DNA from: Catajapyx aquilonaris
Lineage: Eukaryota
DNA: 42,117 nucleotides
Direction of reading: 5' to 3'
NCBI GenBank assembly: GCA_000934665.2
Contig: JYFJ02000862.1
Location: forward strand, 62,001 to 104,117
How positions within the stretch are numbered: position 1 is the stretch's first letter; each line of letters starts with the position of its first letter. The notes beneath the pieces are model-generated. The model saw nothing but the letters and a program-made list of their open reading frames with translations, made no database searches and was not told where the DNA came from. Positions 38,977 to 42,117 of the stretch are shown one piece after another. Made by a program: the position numbers and the translations under genes.

Positions 38977-39147
38977 CTGTGCCTTTCTCGCCGTCCTTGA
39001 TGATGGTGTGGTAGTCCGGCGCAGCTTCACTGGTATTGCCGGAGGTGCGATGCAATTGCCGGGATTGCACACATGGGAAATGTGTTGTGGTTGCCAGGTC
39101 GTACCTGCATGGCACACGTGTCAGACCAGGGTGTGTGCGTTGAACAA
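38977..39147 (-). CDS. TRAP1: TRAP1 internal exon (probable exon 2): end of mitochondrial presequence plus N-terminal 'strap'
   Basis: Acceptor CACTTCATTTCAG| and donor ACAG|GTAGGT; 171 bp, phase 1-1. Encodes xVQRTHPGLTRVPCRYDLATTTHFPCVQSRQLHRTSGNTSEAAPDYHTIIKDGEKGT(G). YHTIIKDGEKGTG resembles human TRAP1 LHSIISSTESVQG (from memory). The terminal G joins the GA of the next exon to make Gly in frame. The 5' boundary is less certain because of an alternative AG at 39105-39106. Confidence 0.8.
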
Positions 39148-42117
39148 CTGAAATGAAGTGTTTGACTTCTTTATTTTTTTTGCATGTTTCCCATAGGAAT
39201 TGGCAGCTAACATGACCCAAACAAATCCCACGAAACCACATTATTACAAGCCGATCTGCAAACAGAAATATGAGTGTAAGAATAGAAAAGTGACCGCAGA
39301 ACATCATGATATCACCACTAGAAACTGTCCATACATGTCACGTTATGTATGGAAGATTAGCGTAGCACAAGGCCGGGGTAATTCATGCCGAAAAGCTTCT
39401 TAAAACTATACTTATATCTAATATATAGGTATCATAAAATCGTAGTGCATACTCTGCTGTATGGAAGGTATGCAGTTCATACGGTGTAGGTCGTGAAGTG
39501 GTGAAAACATGAACGTCACTTTCTTTTTGGGATATCAAGTGGAATGTGTTCCTTAACACCCGAGAAGTGAGAACATGAAAAGAATAAGAAAAAATGTCCG
39601 ACGATTGGAAAGGCGTCTTTTTACTGGGATGTACCCTGTACAATTCGGTGAGGTCAGTGGTAACCTACGAACCTATCCATACAAAACTGATCACAAGGGT
39701 TGAAGCAAGGTAATAATAGATATTTATAAACATCACATGTCGTAATCACTGGGAACAGTATAGTAGAGATCGCATATGTCCCAATACCATCGGATAAGCA
39801 ACGATAACCAACCGGTTCTTGCCTTATTCCTCAAGTTTTATCAAGTTAAAATTATGTCGAAACTAATAGCGCAACACAAATATTTGCATTCGAGTTTCCT
39901 TGTCCCAGTTGCACTGAGGCATGACATCAACGGCCATTATTGTCCGTGACAACAAAAGCCCCGATGCATCTTCCTCAGAAAATATTTCTACCTAACCTTC
40001 ATCCTGCCTGCCTGACCTCTTTCCTCCGCAACTAACAGTAAAGCTACATCCGATGTTGCTGTAAAACTGGGGCAGGGACACTTGATGAAGGTCCCTCGAA
40101 GCCATACAAACCACCACAGCAAGCCTGTAAAAATTTTTCCTACAGGGTGCCATCACCTGAAGAAGAAAAAAACTAGTGAGGGCAAATCCAATGGGCTGGA
40201 GATAGGCAGCAGGGGAAAGGGAATAAGAAGGGCCTTGTTGGGGACTGATAAGGAGGATTCCACTCATTCCTTTCTCCTCTTCCTTTTCACTGCTCCTTCT
40301 GTGCGTTGGCCAGCCAATAAGCTGCTCTCAATCATCGTTTCCTCCTGACTTATAAGCCTCTCGTATAATGCCCGACTCTGCTGGAATATTACGAAGCGCA
40401 TAGTCTGCATCGCCCTATTAATTCAGTTACAGTCACAGTAGCCTTGATGCAAAAAAATTGTCAAGAGTGACATATGCACGGATCTATTTTAGAGTTCAAC
40501 TAGATACGTGAGATATCTCTAGTGACGCATGCCGTGTCAACCTTTTAAAATATTCCTGTGCTCCCCCCCACCATCGGGTATGTACTTTGACCGCAATAAA
40601 AAAAAATGTAATCAGATTGCAACTGCTCGGGCTGGATGAAAAAACTGTATCAGTTTCGGTTCAGGAGCACAATTTAATTACTGAACCCCAGTTAATTACT
40701 GACTTCATCAGGTCACGTGCCCGGTGTTTCAGATCAACATGTTTTGCATGCGAAAAGGTTATTTCTCTGATGTGATAATGTTGTTCGATTCGATCCATTT
40801 AACTAACTGCCACCGCAAGTAATATATTCTCGTAATAGTATAATCCTGCCATATGTAATGTTTATACATACTCGATCATAATATATCATTAATATCCATA
40901 TGGACCATAACGGAAATTCACACTAGATTTCCACACTGCAGGGATCTATTTTTTAATATATTATCTTATGCGAACAGGGATAGTGTGCGAGATACTACAA
41001 ATGCTTGATAATGGTCCATTCTGCAGTACATTGTGCATGCAATATCCTTACATAATGTCATCCGCAGGCCAATAAAAGTTGCAACACTCGCATCCCGCAG
41101 CTTATGTATATCTACTGGTTATGCAACGCGGAATGCGACATTAGCGTCTTTTTCCTCCTTCCACGTATTTCATGTGCAAAGTGACATGCCACGAATCTGC
41201 TTGCGCGACATGATTCCAAACTATACGGTGGGAAAAGCCCTGTAAACCTGGAGTTCTGCGTATATGCAGGGCACCTTCGGCGATTACAACGAACATGAGT
41301 TATTACCGCCGCCATAAGTGAACGTGTGAAAAAAGTTGAACAATTACACAATATTGTAAGGAGAAAACCTTGATTGATGGGACATAAATTGTAAATTGTA
41401 GGCATTTAAAAGTCTTCCAATGGCTGATTTATAGTGCAGTTCAACTGCACACTTGCAACTCTTTAAAAATAAGCAAAGAAAAATTCTTTATTATCAGCAG
41501 GATCGTGACTGCACTCTAACATCAAGTGAATCTGGCCAATAAAGGCACCCACGCCTCTAGATAATACAATTACAGGACAAATTAAAGTTCTGTTTACAAA
41601 GCCATATCCAATAATATTGGGAAATAAATCTGCGAGGTGTCATCACATTAATTTCTTATTATTATTACAATTGTCATTACAACCTGACACTGGTTATTCT
41701 ATAGCTACGAAGCTTTATAAATGTAATACTATATGTATTTTTAATGAGTTGGCCATGACCTTTTCCTATACGTTCTCTGTAAACGCCCACCTGCTGATTG
41801 ACACACTTTCTTGGACATCTCAGTCGATAAAGCAACAGAATTATTCAAGTGTAATGCACCACCAGCTTTGTTACGTTACGGTTCGCTGTGTGTAGCTTCT
41901 ATTTGATCTTAGAGATATCACCACAAGACAAAAGTTAGATGTTGCAAGATCACGTGACCAATTAGTTGTGTCGTGATGGTCTGAGCTTATTTTTGGAAGT
42001 CACGTACAGACGGTTTTGTGCCAATGCACAGTGTGGCGGATTGCGAAAAAGGTGGACAAAAGTAAAAAAAATAGAAAATGTTCAAATGCGTTTAACAACC
42101 AAACCATTAGGTTCCTG

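Overview
Animal genomic DNA, probably from a protostome invertebrate, and almost entirely intronic. The only supportable protein-coding content is four minus-strand exons of TRAP1 (mitochondrial Hsp90/HSP75): 38977-39147, 9973-10055, 9208-9357 and 9039-9110. They splice in frame through GT-AG introns to ...[56 protein letters not shown]...[26 protein letters not shown]. Intron sizes are very uneven: 28.9 kb, 615 bp, 97 bp and >9 kb, because the next GQFGVGFYS exon was not found in the window. The introns carry an intact tRNA-derived SINE inserted into a 30-bp minisatellite, several TA-flanked Tc1/mariner/pogo-type MITEs, a 56-bp-arm hairpin, other inverted repeats, microsatellites, a G-quadruplex motif and several TAAT-rich enhancer-like blocks. 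Nearly all ORFs in the supplied track look spurious. I found no strong evidence for a new protein-coding system. The best hypothesis is that this housekeeping gene is a bystander whose giant introns host regulatory DNA.
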